NCBI GenBank assembly: GCA_951406725.2
Contig: OX597819.1
Location: 48,112,001-48,176,000, forward strand
Origin: Octopus vulgaris
Taxonomy: Eukaryota
Direction: 5' to 3'
Length of the DNA stretch: 64,000 nt
Of this stretch, positions 41,146 through 54,100 are shown piece by piece (the stretch's first letter is position 1; the number at the start of each line of letters is the position of its first letter). A program made the translations under genes and the position numbers. The notes under the pieces were generated by a model. That model saw only the letters and a list, made by a program, of their open reading frames with translations. It had not been told where the DNA came from and did not search any database.

Positions 41146-41828
41146 GGCATGCTTTCGTTGACAGTAGCAAGAATGTGAAAATTAACAGCTGATTAATACC
41201 TAGTTGTTCAGCAATTTCTGTAAATAATTTTTATCTATTTACTTTTGTTTTTATGTCCTGTTAAAGCCAACATTTGCCCTGCAAGTCTGAAAAAGAGCTG
41301 AAAAGTGAAATACACACTCACATGTGCTCGCGCACACATACAAATACACACACACACACACACACACATATGCTCATTGACTTCCATGTCAATAAGTTAA
41401 ATAGCAAAACACACTTGCACACACATTCTCTCTCTCACATACACACAAAGTTGAACACTTGCACAAAAATACACACACATGTACATCTTTCATATACACA
41501 TAAATACATATACATATTTTTTTGTTTGTATCTGTGTGAAGATTTGTGTGAGTGCGTGAGAGCATGTTCAGCTTCGTGTGTGTGTGTGTGTGTTTCACTA
41601 TTCAACTTATGGACATGAAAGTCAATGGGTGTATGTGTGTGTGCACTCAAGTGCAAGCATGTGTTTCACTTTTCAGCTTACTTTCAGACTTGAGAAGCAA
41701 ATGTTGGCTTCAACAGGATACAAAAACAAAAGCAAATAAATTAAAATTCTTTACGGAAATTGCTGAACAAATAGATATTAATCAGATGTTAATTTTGACA
41801 CTTTTTCTACTTTCATCAAAGGAATGCC
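41146..41828. mobile_element. Foldback non-autonomous DNA transposon (Merlin- or MULE-like)
   Basis: Imperfect TIRs of ~250-270 bp, beginning GGCAT and ending ATGCC. Exact 8-bp TSD ACTTCTCT at 41138-41145 and 41829-41836. Confidence 0.82.
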
Positions 41829-42484
41829 ACTTCTCTTAATACCTCACCAATAGTCATCTCACTCTCTGTTCTATTCTCCCTTCTTTTTTGTCACAGAGGC
41901 CTTTTAATCTTGGGAGTTATAAAGCAACCTTAGTAATGCTCGTACCACAGGAAGTGGGAAGTAACCAGAGTAAGCAATATACTCTGTAAAGTGGTTGGTG
42001 AATCGATCAAAACCCATGCAGAGATGAGAGACATTTTTAGTCTTGCTGAGGGCAAAATAATCTCTATGATGCACTCAGTATAAGAGCATCCAATAGCAGA
42101 AGCCAGATGGAAACTGAGGCAATGGAGCAAGGCATGAATCTTTAACCCTTCACATCCTGTCACACTACTCAACTCTGTAAAGTAGATGGCAAATGAGTAG
42201 AGAATGCATGGAATGCTGAGGCCCTTTTATTCAACTTCTCCAAAGTTAAAACCACAAGGAAAAGAAAACATCTAGAACAATCTCTAAAAGGGATGGCAAT
42301 AAAAAGGGAATATCCAGTTATAGAAACCGGGCCATAAAACATGGAGCCACACCAATTCTGAGAGCTGCAGCTTCTAGTAACAAATGACTTGGATCATAAG
42401 GACACCTCCAACCCATGCTGGTATGGAATGTGGCCATAAAAATGATAATGACATACAGGCGCATACACGATACCTATGCATTGT

Positions 42485-42720
42485 AGTCATGGTCGTTCAC
42501 TGCTGGTGCCATGTAAATGACACCTGTGCATCACAGACATGGTCATCAATGGTGCCATGTATATTGGCACCTGTGAATCACCATGATCAATACCAGTGCC
42601 ATGCAAATGGTACCCATGAATGGTTGGGGTTGCTGCCGGTGCCATGTAAATGGCACCCACTCATGAATCATAGTCGTGGTCGTTGCCAGTGTCATTTAAA
42701 AAATGGTATGTAAAAGCACC
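42485..42720 (+). repeat. Minisatellite of ~5 units (43-50 bp) with palindromic core GGTGCCAT-GTAA-ATGGCACC, attached to a SINE/RTE tail
   Basis: Cores at ~42505, 42551, 42595, 42638 and 42688, running into GTAAAAGCACC...AGGAAGGGCATCC. Confidence 0.75.
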
Positions 42721-43058
42721 CATTACACTCCTGGAGTGATTGGTGTTAGGAAGGGCATCCAGGTGAAGAAACCATAACAAATAAGACTGGAACTTGGTGC
42801 AGCTCTCCGGCTCATCAGCTCCAGCATGCAGAGCAGATGTTAAATGATGATGATGACAATGATATACACAGACATTTGAAAGTCAATAAACACCCCTCAT
42901 CTTACTGTTTTAAGCCCAAGTGGGTTAAATTAATAAAACCTGCACATGGGTACCAGATTAAGTATTTTAAGTGCATCAAATAACATTATTTTGTTTCTAG
43001 GAAACAAAAAAAAAAAAATCTTTTGAAAATGGTGTCTAATTACTTTGTAAATGTCTGT

Positions 43059-43090
<32 letters not shown>

Positions 43091-43881
43091 TTACATAATT
43101 GGTTGGGTTGTTAAGATTTATTCAGGAATTTGTTAGTTATGTGTAAAGTACCAAGGTTAAATTGTTAGCAAGGAAGTGGTGCATATTAAAGCAAGCTGTT
43201 AAAGATTTGTGAAGTATTTGTTAATTTGACATTTGCTTCAGGACACACAAGTTTAAAAATCTTGTCTGCTCAAAATTGTTAATGAGTTTATTCCTGACAG
43301 TTGGAGAAGACGAAATGTGTTGGATATTAAATTCCTCAGACAAAATTAAGACTGTTTTTTTTTTCCTTCCTATGTTTATAGTTTCCAGGAGAGCAGAAAG
43401 AAAATTGGAGAAAGCCAAGAAGCATAAAAAATTATATTTATAAAAACAAAACATTTAAGAAATTTAATAAATATTTTTAAAAAATCCAATAAATGCCAGC
43501 AAAAAAAACAAAAGGGTGTAAACAGAATTAAGAGTGGTTTTAAGCCAAGAAAACAAATGAAAATGAAACAGTAGTCATATCTAAGATTGTTTAGTGATGC
43601 ATGATGCAGTACGCTGCCAGTGGTTTGATTCTCTAAAGAACCGAGTCTTCATAGAATAAGATTTGATGTATCTTCAAATCAAGTTGTTTCCAAATGCTTC
43701 AGAAATATTCTCAGATTTGATGTATTTTGAAGACAAAGGAAAAGATTCACTCTCTAAACTAAGAAAGCAGAATAGATTGCTGAAGCTCAAAATACATGTT
43801 TATCTATATAAAGATGTTGAGAAAAAAGCACTTGGAAATGTTCCTGTGCTCAGCAATTGGTACCTGGATCATACACTCTAC

Positions 43882-43977
43882 CTTTCCGCTCCTGGTCTGC
43901 TACAAGGGAGCCATATTGGTTATTCATAGGGTCATAATCAGCAATTGATCCAATGCGACGAGAAGAACCATTCTCAA
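43882..43977 (-). CDS. LASP1: LASP linker exon (VENGSSRRIGSIADYDPMNNQYGSLVADQERK); possible alternative donor extends it to 43864
   Basis: CTCTTCCAG acceptor, AAG|GTAGAG donor (or CAG|GTACCA 18 nt further), phase 1-1, open frame, GSIADYDP motif. Confidence 0.85.
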
Positions 43978-44574
43978 CTGGAAGAGAAATGCAGTAATCA
44001 AGCAAAAATCAAGCCAAGCCAACCTCAAGCTGCTCAGTAGAGAGATGTTAAAGCAGCAGTTTTAGATTTTCATTCATTAATGATTCACAATCAAAATTCT
44101 TTAAAATGTGTGGAACAAAAACAACAACACAATATATTAAAATTTACTGCTGTGATATAACACTGAGGATAAACCAACAAACAAGTGAGTTTTGTGGTGA
44201 AGGAGGATTAAGTGCATGGGGAGGGGAGTAAAAAACAACAAACAAATTAAAACAAATTTTTTTTTAAATTAGGTATTTGATGATTGATGAATGAGATACA
44301 GAAAAACTGAATTATTTTATATCTAAGAAAAATTAATGCTAAGATTCTAGAATACTTTAAGAGATTATTTCAATAGTTTAACACATTTTAAGTAAAGTTA
44401 TATAAATCATAATGTGCAACACACTGTTAAAGTTAACTTGAAATTTATAACTGCAATTTTATGAGAATTTATTTTCAGTCTCGGGTCAAAAGACTATTTT
44501 TTACAGGTCAATAACTAGAAAATGGCTGTAAAAATGTCTCTTCTTACATTACATGCACATTTAGATTAAGACCA

Positions 44575-44785
44575 TTAACCCTTTTGATACCAACATGCCT
44601 GAGACCACACCTGGTTCTATCATACAAACTTCTTGTTTTAAAGTGATCTAAATTAAGCCCTTCCATCAAAATGCCATGTTTGTTTATGTTTCAGATAACC
44701 AGCTATTTTAGTAAATTCCTCATTAAAATTTTTTTTTTTAAACAAAGACAGTACATTTCACCAGAAATAAAATTGCATAAAGATT
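44575..44785 (+). mobile_element. piggyBac-like MITE, family A
   Basis: TTAACCCTTTTGATACCAAC start; similarity to the copies at 9145 and 10348. Confidence 0.65.
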
Positions 44786-45304
44786 GTAAACCTTAAAAAA
44801 ATATTAAAAAATAAGTAAAAATATATATAAAATAAGTGCCCTTGGTTTTATTTGGGTTTCTTAATGATTTCTTTCTTTTCATATGAAAAACCCTTGATTC
44901 ATTGCAGCTTGTGGCAAAATGTAATTTATAGTCACTCTAAAAATATTAACCAATGAGGAAACAGGCAACATTCTTAACTCTGAAATGTTTCACGTCTCTC
45001 TCCACAATATCAGATACCCTACATGAATTTCAAATTGAGAACAGTGATTCCCTTAGCTTTTCTATTACAGAGACCATGAATATATGAATTAGATTTTAAA
45101 AAGTTGCTTTGGCATTGGCAAATGCAAGACTTAAAACTAGAGCCAGTTTATTCAAGATTGGCACACACCCAGTACAGTACTTAAATACTTCTTGCACTGA
45201 CCATTTCTGATTTAAAATTGAACTTCAACAACTCCAGAAGTTCTGTTTGTCATATTTCCAGCTTAAGTGATCTATTATATAAAGTCTTTTACTCTTTTTT
45301 ATAT

Positions 45305-45618
45305 TCTTTTACTTGTTTCAGTCATTTGACTGCGGCCATGATGAAGCTTTGCCTTTAGTCGAACAAATCGAACCCAGGACTTATTCTCTGTAAACCTAGT
45401 ACTTATTCTACTGGTCTCTTTTGCCAGACTGCTAAGTTACGGGGAGGTAAACACACCAACATTGGTTGTCAAGCAATGGTAGGAGGATGGACACACACAC
45501 GGCAGGCTTCTTTCAGTTTCCATCTGCCAAATCCACTCACAAGGCTTTGGTCAGCCTGAAGCTATAGTAGAAGACACTTGCCCAAGGTTCCATACAGTGG
45601 GACTGAACGCAGAACCAT
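45305..45618 (-). mobile_element. tRNA-derived SINE, family 1 (5'-truncated)
   Basis: Reverse complement of the body and tail of 26201-26610. Confidence 0.82.
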
Positions 45619-45632
45619 ATAAATAAACTGTG

Positions 45633-45679
<47 letters not shown>

Positions 45680-45847
45680 CATGTAAATGGGTGTGACTAC
45701 TAGCAAAAGTTAACAAAAGCAGTTTAGGCTTGTGTGACATGTGGCATGTAAATAAAACAACTACTATTTCTCTGACATACAGATGTGTCTGCATTCAGTT
45801 TATTCAGAAAAAAACAGACATCAAACTGATCAAAAATCTTGTGGTTT

Positions 45848-46212
45848 GATGAGTTCAAATTGAATTTGTTCAGTTCTGACAGCCAAGTGCTTGTCTGACA
45901 TTATACAGGAGAATTTCATGCAGAGTTCATGAATTTGAGAGTTAAGCATGGTGGTGGTTACATCATGGCTTGGCTCTGCATGTCTAGAAAAGTGGTCCTA
46001 ATCCTGTACATTAAATCAAGTGCATCACGAACAGTTAGCCTGTCTGAAAATCTTAAAAAAGACTATGCTTCCATCTGATAAGGGTTAGGCTAGTCATTGA
46101 TTTTTGAGCTTGATGACTCTCGGTATAGGTCAAAAAGACATCTAAGAATTCATCAAAAACAAGAAAACCCATTGACTGTGCCACATTGGTCAGCACAATT
46201 CTGGATTATTTA
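45848..46212 (+). mobile_element. Decayed Tc1/mariner transposase fragment
   Basis: Remnant motifs DEFKLNLFSSDSQVLV, VKHGGGYIMAWLCMS and WSAQ (compare Tc1 DESKFNLFGSDG, VKHGGGSVMVWGC, WPAQSPDL), with stops and frameshifts. Confidence 0.8.
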
Positions 46213-49200
46213 GCACCCCACCACACACACACACACACACACACACACAAAGAAACTCTGAAGTTTCATTTAGTGTGAACATCAAATTTACTGATACGAT
46301 TCCATATTAAAAAATTCTGGTGTTGGTGCTATATGATCTTTAATACACAAAATTTCATTTTGTTAAAATAGATATACTTTAAATATTCTTCAATAAATGT
46401 GGCATTAATGATACTGTCAATTACTGCATTAGGCTAATTTTAAAGATCTCTTTCTATTCATATACACACATATTTGAATTGCAAGTGATTAAATTAACAG
46501 AAGTAATTAATGTTTAATCATCAGTACATTATCTTTAAGTGATGCTATCATATGTCCCTTTGTAATGAATATCGCAATCAAAATAAATAGCTAAGATAAA
46601 TTTAGATGCATTCCATTTTCTTTTGGCAGTGGGAGGATGCTGTGAATCCTTCCCCCCTCCCCCCTTTCCTAGAAGCAATATTAATAATGCCAATGCATCT
46701 TTGAATTGGTTCTCCTATTCTCTTTCCAGTGCACATATCATTGTGCAGCAATTGCTTTGGCAGACACCACTTGACTATGTGAAGGATAAACCAAATAAAA
46801 TCTCAAGCAAGATGAAGCAGTGTGTAGGATGACCTCTGAAACAATGACTTTAATCTTAGGTTCCTGTCATCTTGTTGTGCAACATAACTTTCATGTTTTT
46901 GCAGAGGCAGGAAATATCATAAATGAGTGTCCTGATTGGTATGTCTGCTGCTGCTGTATAGTCCATGTTTCAGCAGACAGCTGAAAGGTTGTAAGAACAA
47001 CAGCACAATCCTCTTTATTTCAGTGATGTATAACCAATTCCTCAGCAATCCCACACCTTCTCACAGACTACAAGTTACTTTTGGAGATCTAGATGCTGAC
47101 CTCAACAAAAATATTCACAGCTCTTGAGAAAATACAGACAAGATAAATAAAAGGGGTCTCTACTGTTTTCAAGCTCTGTCCTTTGATTTTCTGAGACTGT
47201 TTTCTATGAACAGGCTGGAGTGTGACTTCAATTTTTACAACACTCATTTTGTTGCTGGTTTTATCAGGAGCAGTAAGAAATATATCCACACAAGTTTTTG
47301 CATTAAGGTTTTGCAGTTTTGTTTTTTTTTTTCTCTCAAGTACACTTGCTATAATACCAAAGAAAACATCTAAACTGCAATGAGAATTTAAAAAAAAACT
47401 TGAGTGACTAAATTTAGGGCAAAGACATCTGGCAACTCATACGGTTATAACATTAATTATAACAAAAGCAATGCATTTTTATGAGTAACCAAACTTAACC
47501 TTAATTTTCTCGTCGTCTCTGCCAAATAATTTGCAAGGCTTTTAAGCCACTAAAGGAGTACTTGTTATTTGAATAATAGTTGTCTTGCAGCAAACACATT
47601 TGCAGTCTCTAGGTTTGAAGAGACAATAATGCAGGCAAGTGTTTTGGCAGCAACAGACAAAAGGCAAATTCCTTTGAGTTTGTCATAAGATAGGCAATTT
47701 CCTTTGCACTTGTTCAAGAAAACTATATAGACACTATCTTGTGAGACAATTCTCTGTAACTATAAAGCACAGAAGAAATAAATTTTATTTTTATTGTTTT
47801 TTTTCACAGATTGCAATGGGAATGACACCTGACCCTGAAATGGGGCTTGATTGATAACCTTGACATTAGAAGGAATATCAAGTGTAGCACTGCTCTAAGA
47901 CAAGTTATAGTTTCTACATAGATAAATGAGCAATTTATCTTTGACTTTGCTCCTTGTCAATTAGTAGGGTTTTTGAGCGACAGTGGTCATCAAAGCATTA
48001 CATCCCACTCAGTTTATTGTGATAGCATAAATCTTCTGGGTGACAGTCTTCCTTGGCCTATTTCACACCAAGCTGGCAGACAACATTTCCTTTATTTCTA
48101 TTTTCATGTGGATTTATGGTTGTTAAAACAAAAAGTCATTTCCCAGCTAACAGCAGCTGTATTTCCTCTATTGTCACCAAACCAGTCTAAGTTCTTATAT
48201 GTAACTTGTCCAAATTAATCAATAACAATAACACAGATGTTCACTTTCAGAATATAACTGTCACAACCGCTAGAAACACTTAGCAATATCACTTAATACT
48301 ACGTTGTTGAAGCTAACTAGATTAGTATAAAAGAGGTTACATTAACCTAAACATCTATATTGCAATATACAGAATAATAATTGCCAAATAGATCAAAAGT
48401 TGGTTCTTGAATGAAGAATGAGGAGAATCATACTTCATTGATGACATAACTATATATTATGTACTTGAGTTACATACTGAACTCTTCTATCCTCCTCCTA
48501 GGCAAGTTATGAATTAAGTAAGAAGAAAGAAAGAATTGGCTGAGGTAGCATCACTTCATAACAGGTTAGTTGTATTTTAAAATGCGAAGTTGATTATCCT
48601 AGATTTATCGGTTAGAATTAGTAGTGTTGCAGCATTTCAGGGAAACTATAAAAGTAGATCCAAGATCAATCTGAAACGAGTGTGTCACTGACCACCTGCC
48701 TACCCTCACTCCTGCCCTACACTTAGGATGAAATGATTATTACTGATTGTGCAGTGTGCTACGTATGATGTCATGCATAAGTTACTGCTCGATGCACAGT
48801 GATAATGTTCAACAAAGAGCAACAAAAGTTAGAGATGTAGGATGACAAGTCATGAGGTTAAAATTTCATAATAAAATCTGTTAGCAAGGTCCAACATACA
48901 ATCAAGAGTTACTTTGATGGATGTCTACGCAAAATAAATACAAGTATAACTGGACTAAAATATTAATAAAATAGTTTGTTAGTTTCTAGGTGATGAAACA
49001 ACATCATTCTGACATTATTGTGTAGCTTGTGCAATTGCTAGTTTATATACACACACTCACACACGTTTATTTATATGGGAAGCAAACAGAAATTACATTC
49101 CCAGTCTATAATTTCATTCAATCAGTCCTTTGGTCATTTCTTTCAATACACTAACATGTACAGTTAACCAGACGCTGACTGAGTAAAACTGTGGTTTAGG

Positions 49201-50338
49201 ACTAAACCCCATTTATCTCACGCATAATAAATGTATGAATGCAAGGCTGTATGGAGCAGTTGTGTGTGTGCATACACACACACACTACAATTTAAGGAAA
49301 TTGCCTTTCATAATATACCTTTTCTTCCTCACCTGTAATAAAGCTAAAGATTTCTTTTGTTCAAATCAGGTTTTATATTATGTTCCTGTCTTAATAGTGA
49401 GAATTTCATAATCAGTTATATTGTTTGAAAGAGATAAACACCATATTCTCACAATTAGTAAGAACAAAACCCTATAATTTTAAAGTTTCTTAACTCTTTC
49501 ATAATTTTCTATTACACATACTGTTTTATGTAATACAACAATAAAAGCCATAATTAAATTGTTTGGTTTATCTATTATTAGCAATTGTGAAATTATTACT
49601 AAGTAATGTTATCAGCTTCTCTTTAATCATCTATGTATATTCTCTAAACAATTCCATTTTTCCACACTAACCAGTGGACAATCTTGTATGTTTACTTAGT
49701 GATTCTTTAACATATATAGTTAAAATCTGTCACCGATGAGATTATAAAACTGAAACATGTATGGAGTTACTTCTCATACTTGCCAAAATTAAAATATGAG
49801 CCATTGACTAAAATTGTTGTTTATTCTATACATAATTATTTCTAGCTAGCTTTTTAATGTTTCCAACATTAAATGTGTTAACATTAAACAAACAGTTTTA
49901 CTATTAGTTAAATTAAAGGTCAAATCAAAGTTGCCTTGTCATTATCATGGCTGTGTTGTCCTAATATCATTTAGGTTTTTTAATGGGTGATACTCCTTCT
50001 AAAAGGTAGTAGTAACTATGCTGAAGCTAACTTGCCAAAAACAGATGTTTCAAAGAACAACCAGAGCTTAATAGATTAGCTAACTGTTATGTAAGCTACA
50101 GAAGTTCTGTAGTTATCTACATTAAATCCATCATCTACCCAATTGTAGATCAGTTATCTACATAAATAAGATGTAGTCTGTGCAAAGAAGAAAGACTAGA
50201 ACAGACAACAAAAAGAAAAACAGTTTTACTTTCTATGTCAGAAAAAGATATGTGTTCAGGCATGTTCACATTTTTCAATCTGTGATAGCCACAATGGCTC
50301 TGAACATCTAGCAAACAGTAATATTTAATAGCTTTCCT

Positions 50339-51120
50339 CTCATCATCATCTTTCGGAACTCCATTGACAATCCCTTACCACACTACATGGTCCTGCATTG
50401 CTGTGTTCAGATCTCTAACATCTAGCCCTAAGTCCAGAGATATAGCATCTGGAAATGTCAGTTTCCTAGAGAAAACACTTCCAGAGGGATGCCATAGGAG
50501 CAGGGATGAGATAACCTCTTTCTCTGCTCGATGACAGTGGCCAGCAAATTGTAGCCACTTCTGCTTTAGCTTGAGGGATATTGGTATCAGATTTCCATAG
50601 GTGTTACTAAGTGTTGAGTGTGATCTCCAACTGATATTCAGTATCTTTCTGAGCAGGTTGGTATATGTTCCATCTAGTTGATTTTCTAAGAGAGCCAATA
50701 AGGTCCAGGTCTTTGATCCATAAAGAAGGACCAGCTCAGTCAGTGTTCTAAATATTTAAACTTTTAACATGGATGAAAGATTTGAGTACCAGATCTGATC
50801 AAGTCTGTTACATGCATCCCAAGCAAGAGCTTTGCAGATGCAAAAGTCCTTTTGGTAGTCTACTATGTGTGATCCAAGACATTTGAAGTCATCAACGTTT
50901 TTGATTGATATATTACTGAGCAATTTAAATTCAGTTAACTTGGAGGAGATCATGATAAACTCTATCTTACTCTCATTGCAGTAATGGCTAACCTGGTTTG
51001 TTGCTTTCTCCAGTGCTTGTAACAAAGATTCTGCATCTTTAATACAATGGGATATCAAGGCAAGATCATCAGCAAAGTCTAGATTAGTTAAATATTCAAC
51101 TGAGCTCTCTTCTTCTTCTA
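50339..51120 (-). mobile_element. 5'-truncated RTE-like LINE (RT C-terminal half to 3' end)
   Basis: ORFs 50756-51148 (LDFADDLAL, FKCLGS) and 50375-50698 (LLRKILNISW, LQFAGHCHR). (ATG)n tail at ~50339-50350; frameshifted. Confidence 0.9.
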
Positions 51121-54100
51121 TAGTTTGTGTATCTGTCAAAAAACACAAATAATTTTTTTTTAATCCTACTTTCTAGAAACTTTATAATTGTTGTGTGGAT
51201 AAAATGCCAGCAAACTTATTTTATTGATAAACATTCCTGACTCTAAATTACTAATCCAACAGATCCCAAGCATGATTAAATTGCTAGGGAATTTATGAGT
51301 TACAATGGTTTTAGTGTCATAAGCTGGATTAGCAAAATTAAATATAAAGACACTACTTGTAATTTATATTTAAAATTGATAGCATTTTACAGTCAGATGC
51401 TCCTCTGGTTGCCAACTCATCTGTTTCTCAAGTAAGGATTTCACAAGGTTTTTTTTTTTTTTTTTGAACACACAGAATCAGATCATAATGCCAGCAAACA
51501 ATACAAACATCATAGCACTGTTTTACTCAGGTAGTGACAATCAAAGTCATAGAATATCAATTTCAAGGGAGGCAAGAAGTCAATTACATGAACCCCAGTG
51601 TGCTATTGGGGCTTATTTTATCATGGCAGAATTTGAAATAAGAAGGAAAAGACAGATAAAATACTGCTAAGCATTTAGCCCAGTGTACTAATGTGACTGC
51701 CAGTTTGCCACCTAGAAATCATAGAATATTGACATTTATTCACACACTCACAAGTACGTACACACATACATACACACAATAGTTTTATGTAGCATAGTAC
51801 TAGGAATGTAAAATTAATACAGTAATATGGTAAGACCTTAATGTAGTAAATCTAGTTAATTAATATTAATATAGCTTTTACTTTCAATGTTCGCTTGTTT
51901 TTTACAATATTGTTTACAAAGTGAGTAACGAATAACTCCTTGATTTTCATTAGAGATTGTCTCTCCCTCAGACTACACTGAGCTTTTAATAATGTAGCAA
52001 GTGTCAACTATATTGACTAAATCATTCAGCATCAAATTTATTAACAGCAGATAATCTCTAAAAATATAGTATGTGAGAGAGTGGGTACATATTAGTGTAT
52101 ATGTGTATATGAGAGAGAGAGAGAGAGAGAATGAAAGAGAAATGCATGTAGGGAGAACAGTCTTCCTATCACTTTCAGATTATCGCTCAAACAAGCAAGT
52201 TAAAACAAAAAGAATTAAAAAGGTGTGTGCAGAAGGCTAAGGCCATTATTAATGAATTAAACTGATTAAGTGGATTTTAACAGTTATTGCACAAATTATT
52301 TTCTTTGAGGCTTAACATTAGCCAAATCTGCCGACAAAGATTATGGTTTATAACTGCACTCCAATTTCATATCCCTGATGAAAGATGATGTATACACATA
52401 GAAAACTTATGATGTGGTTCCGTTTCTGATTATAAGCAGCAAAAAATATCTAATTTAACAAATGTACACATAACTGCATAAAATAATCTAACAAATTAGT
52501 CATCAGTTTAAGTTTTCAAAGTAAATCTGTTCACGGAACTTCTCAAATTGACACATTCTGTTGGTTCCAAATGAATCTTTTTTTAATAAAATTGATAAAG
52601 ATGCATTCACTGGAACAAGAGATAGTGCAATACCATTTTGATAGTAAAGCTGTACAGACAGACAACAAGAATTAGACCAGTTCATACATCTTGCCAATTC
52701 TAATATCCTTTTTTAATAAGATGGCTATAACAAAGATATTTATTTCTTGCTATCAGAGAACTGATAAAAAAATGTTAACGATTTAATAAAACACACTGGT
52801 ATTGTTAATAGAATGAGGAAAAGCAAAACAAGCTAAAATAGGCTGACTGATTAATTAGTTAGGTTATGAAAGAAATGAAAGTTCCTTTTGTCTGTCAGAT
52901 AATTAAAGTTTTTTAAAAGAAGTAGAAATATATACAGAAAATATTTCTGTATATTTGATATAATACTCTTATGTTTAAATTAAGATAGATATTATATATA
53001 TATATATATATATACATACATACATACATACATACATACGCGCGCACACACACACACACAACACTATACAAAACTTTAAGGGGGAGCACAGAATCTAAAA
53101 TGTTTTTTTAACGTGTTTCTGACATACAAGTTGACAAAAATTTTATTTTTCATAGATACAACAACATCATCGTCGTCGTTTAGCGTAAATCTATTTTAAA
53201 TTGAAATTAAACAACAGGAGTAAATTAACACAACCAATCAACAGTGACATAACTGAAACATCATATTTGCTTTGTGAAGCAGTGAAGTACATAATTCAGT
53301 TGATTATGCTGAATCTTGAAGGCAAAGAAACAGAAATTCTAATACAATCTACAAATTCTTCCTAAATATAAAAGAGTGAAGTACAGCAATTGGTGATTTA
53401 CAAGGGCTAATTTAATGAGAAACAAACATTTGGTGTGCTGTATCAGTAATTACATGAGGTTTGAGTGTCAAATATTAGAATGCTCACAGGACAATTATTT
53501 TTAATAGGGTTACTACACTATAACTACCAGTGGACAACTTTTAGGGTAAAACTAACAATTACTACCAAGTGCTCAACATTGATTAAATGTTCATCTTATG
53601 CAAAAAACAAAAAAATCTTGAAATTTGGCTTGACATGATTTTGGCCTGACTACAGTCAAATATCTTCACAGCAATATTCAACAGCTCAATACTATCCATT
53701 TTAAAGGCGAATTAATTAAGCAATTCCTTCAAAATGTCACAAAATATAGTTCACTTAAAATCTTGATGAATAACAAACAATGAACAGAAAGATTGGCAGA
53801 CTATTCCACTACTTCCAGATAGTGGACAGATCTGGAAGTCTAGTTTAAGAAACTTATTGAATAGACAAAGAAAAAAACACCATCATATAAATATACAAAC
53901 AAAAATTGGCCACAACACAAACTGCTCATGCCATGTCTAGCAAGAAGCTAGCATCAAATAACTTCACTGAAATTATACTAAGCCATGGTAAAATAAAATA
54001 TATAAAGCCAGGCCATACAACATTTCTATACAGGGGTCTGGTTAGGCTAAAATTAGCTTACAATATTGAACAGCACACCTGAATTGCACAATAACAAACT

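Noticed and set aside
42485-42720. CRISPR-like array of palindromic repeats
   Set aside because: Eukaryotic intron, no cas genes, linkers are mutually similar, and the array is contiguous with a retroposon tail.
44014-44022. 6-9 nt exon ending at GAG|GTTGGC upstream of the 43977 acceptor
   Set aside because: It contains an in-frame TGA and would leave an intron under 50 nt.
46620-48260. Possible large LASP exon or transposase remnant (LIYDISC, FRGHPTHC on the - strand)
   Set aside because: No sustained ORF or convincing splice sites, and the motifs are too short to assign without a profile search.
49319-49343. Possible LASP microexons of 11 or 14 nt around CAG|GTGAGG
   Set aside because: Neither length preserves frame, and the pyrimidine tract is poor.
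53811-53839. 10-bp stem-loop / possible 27-nt exon
   Set aside because: The stem is short enough to arise by chance, and both splice sites are weak.
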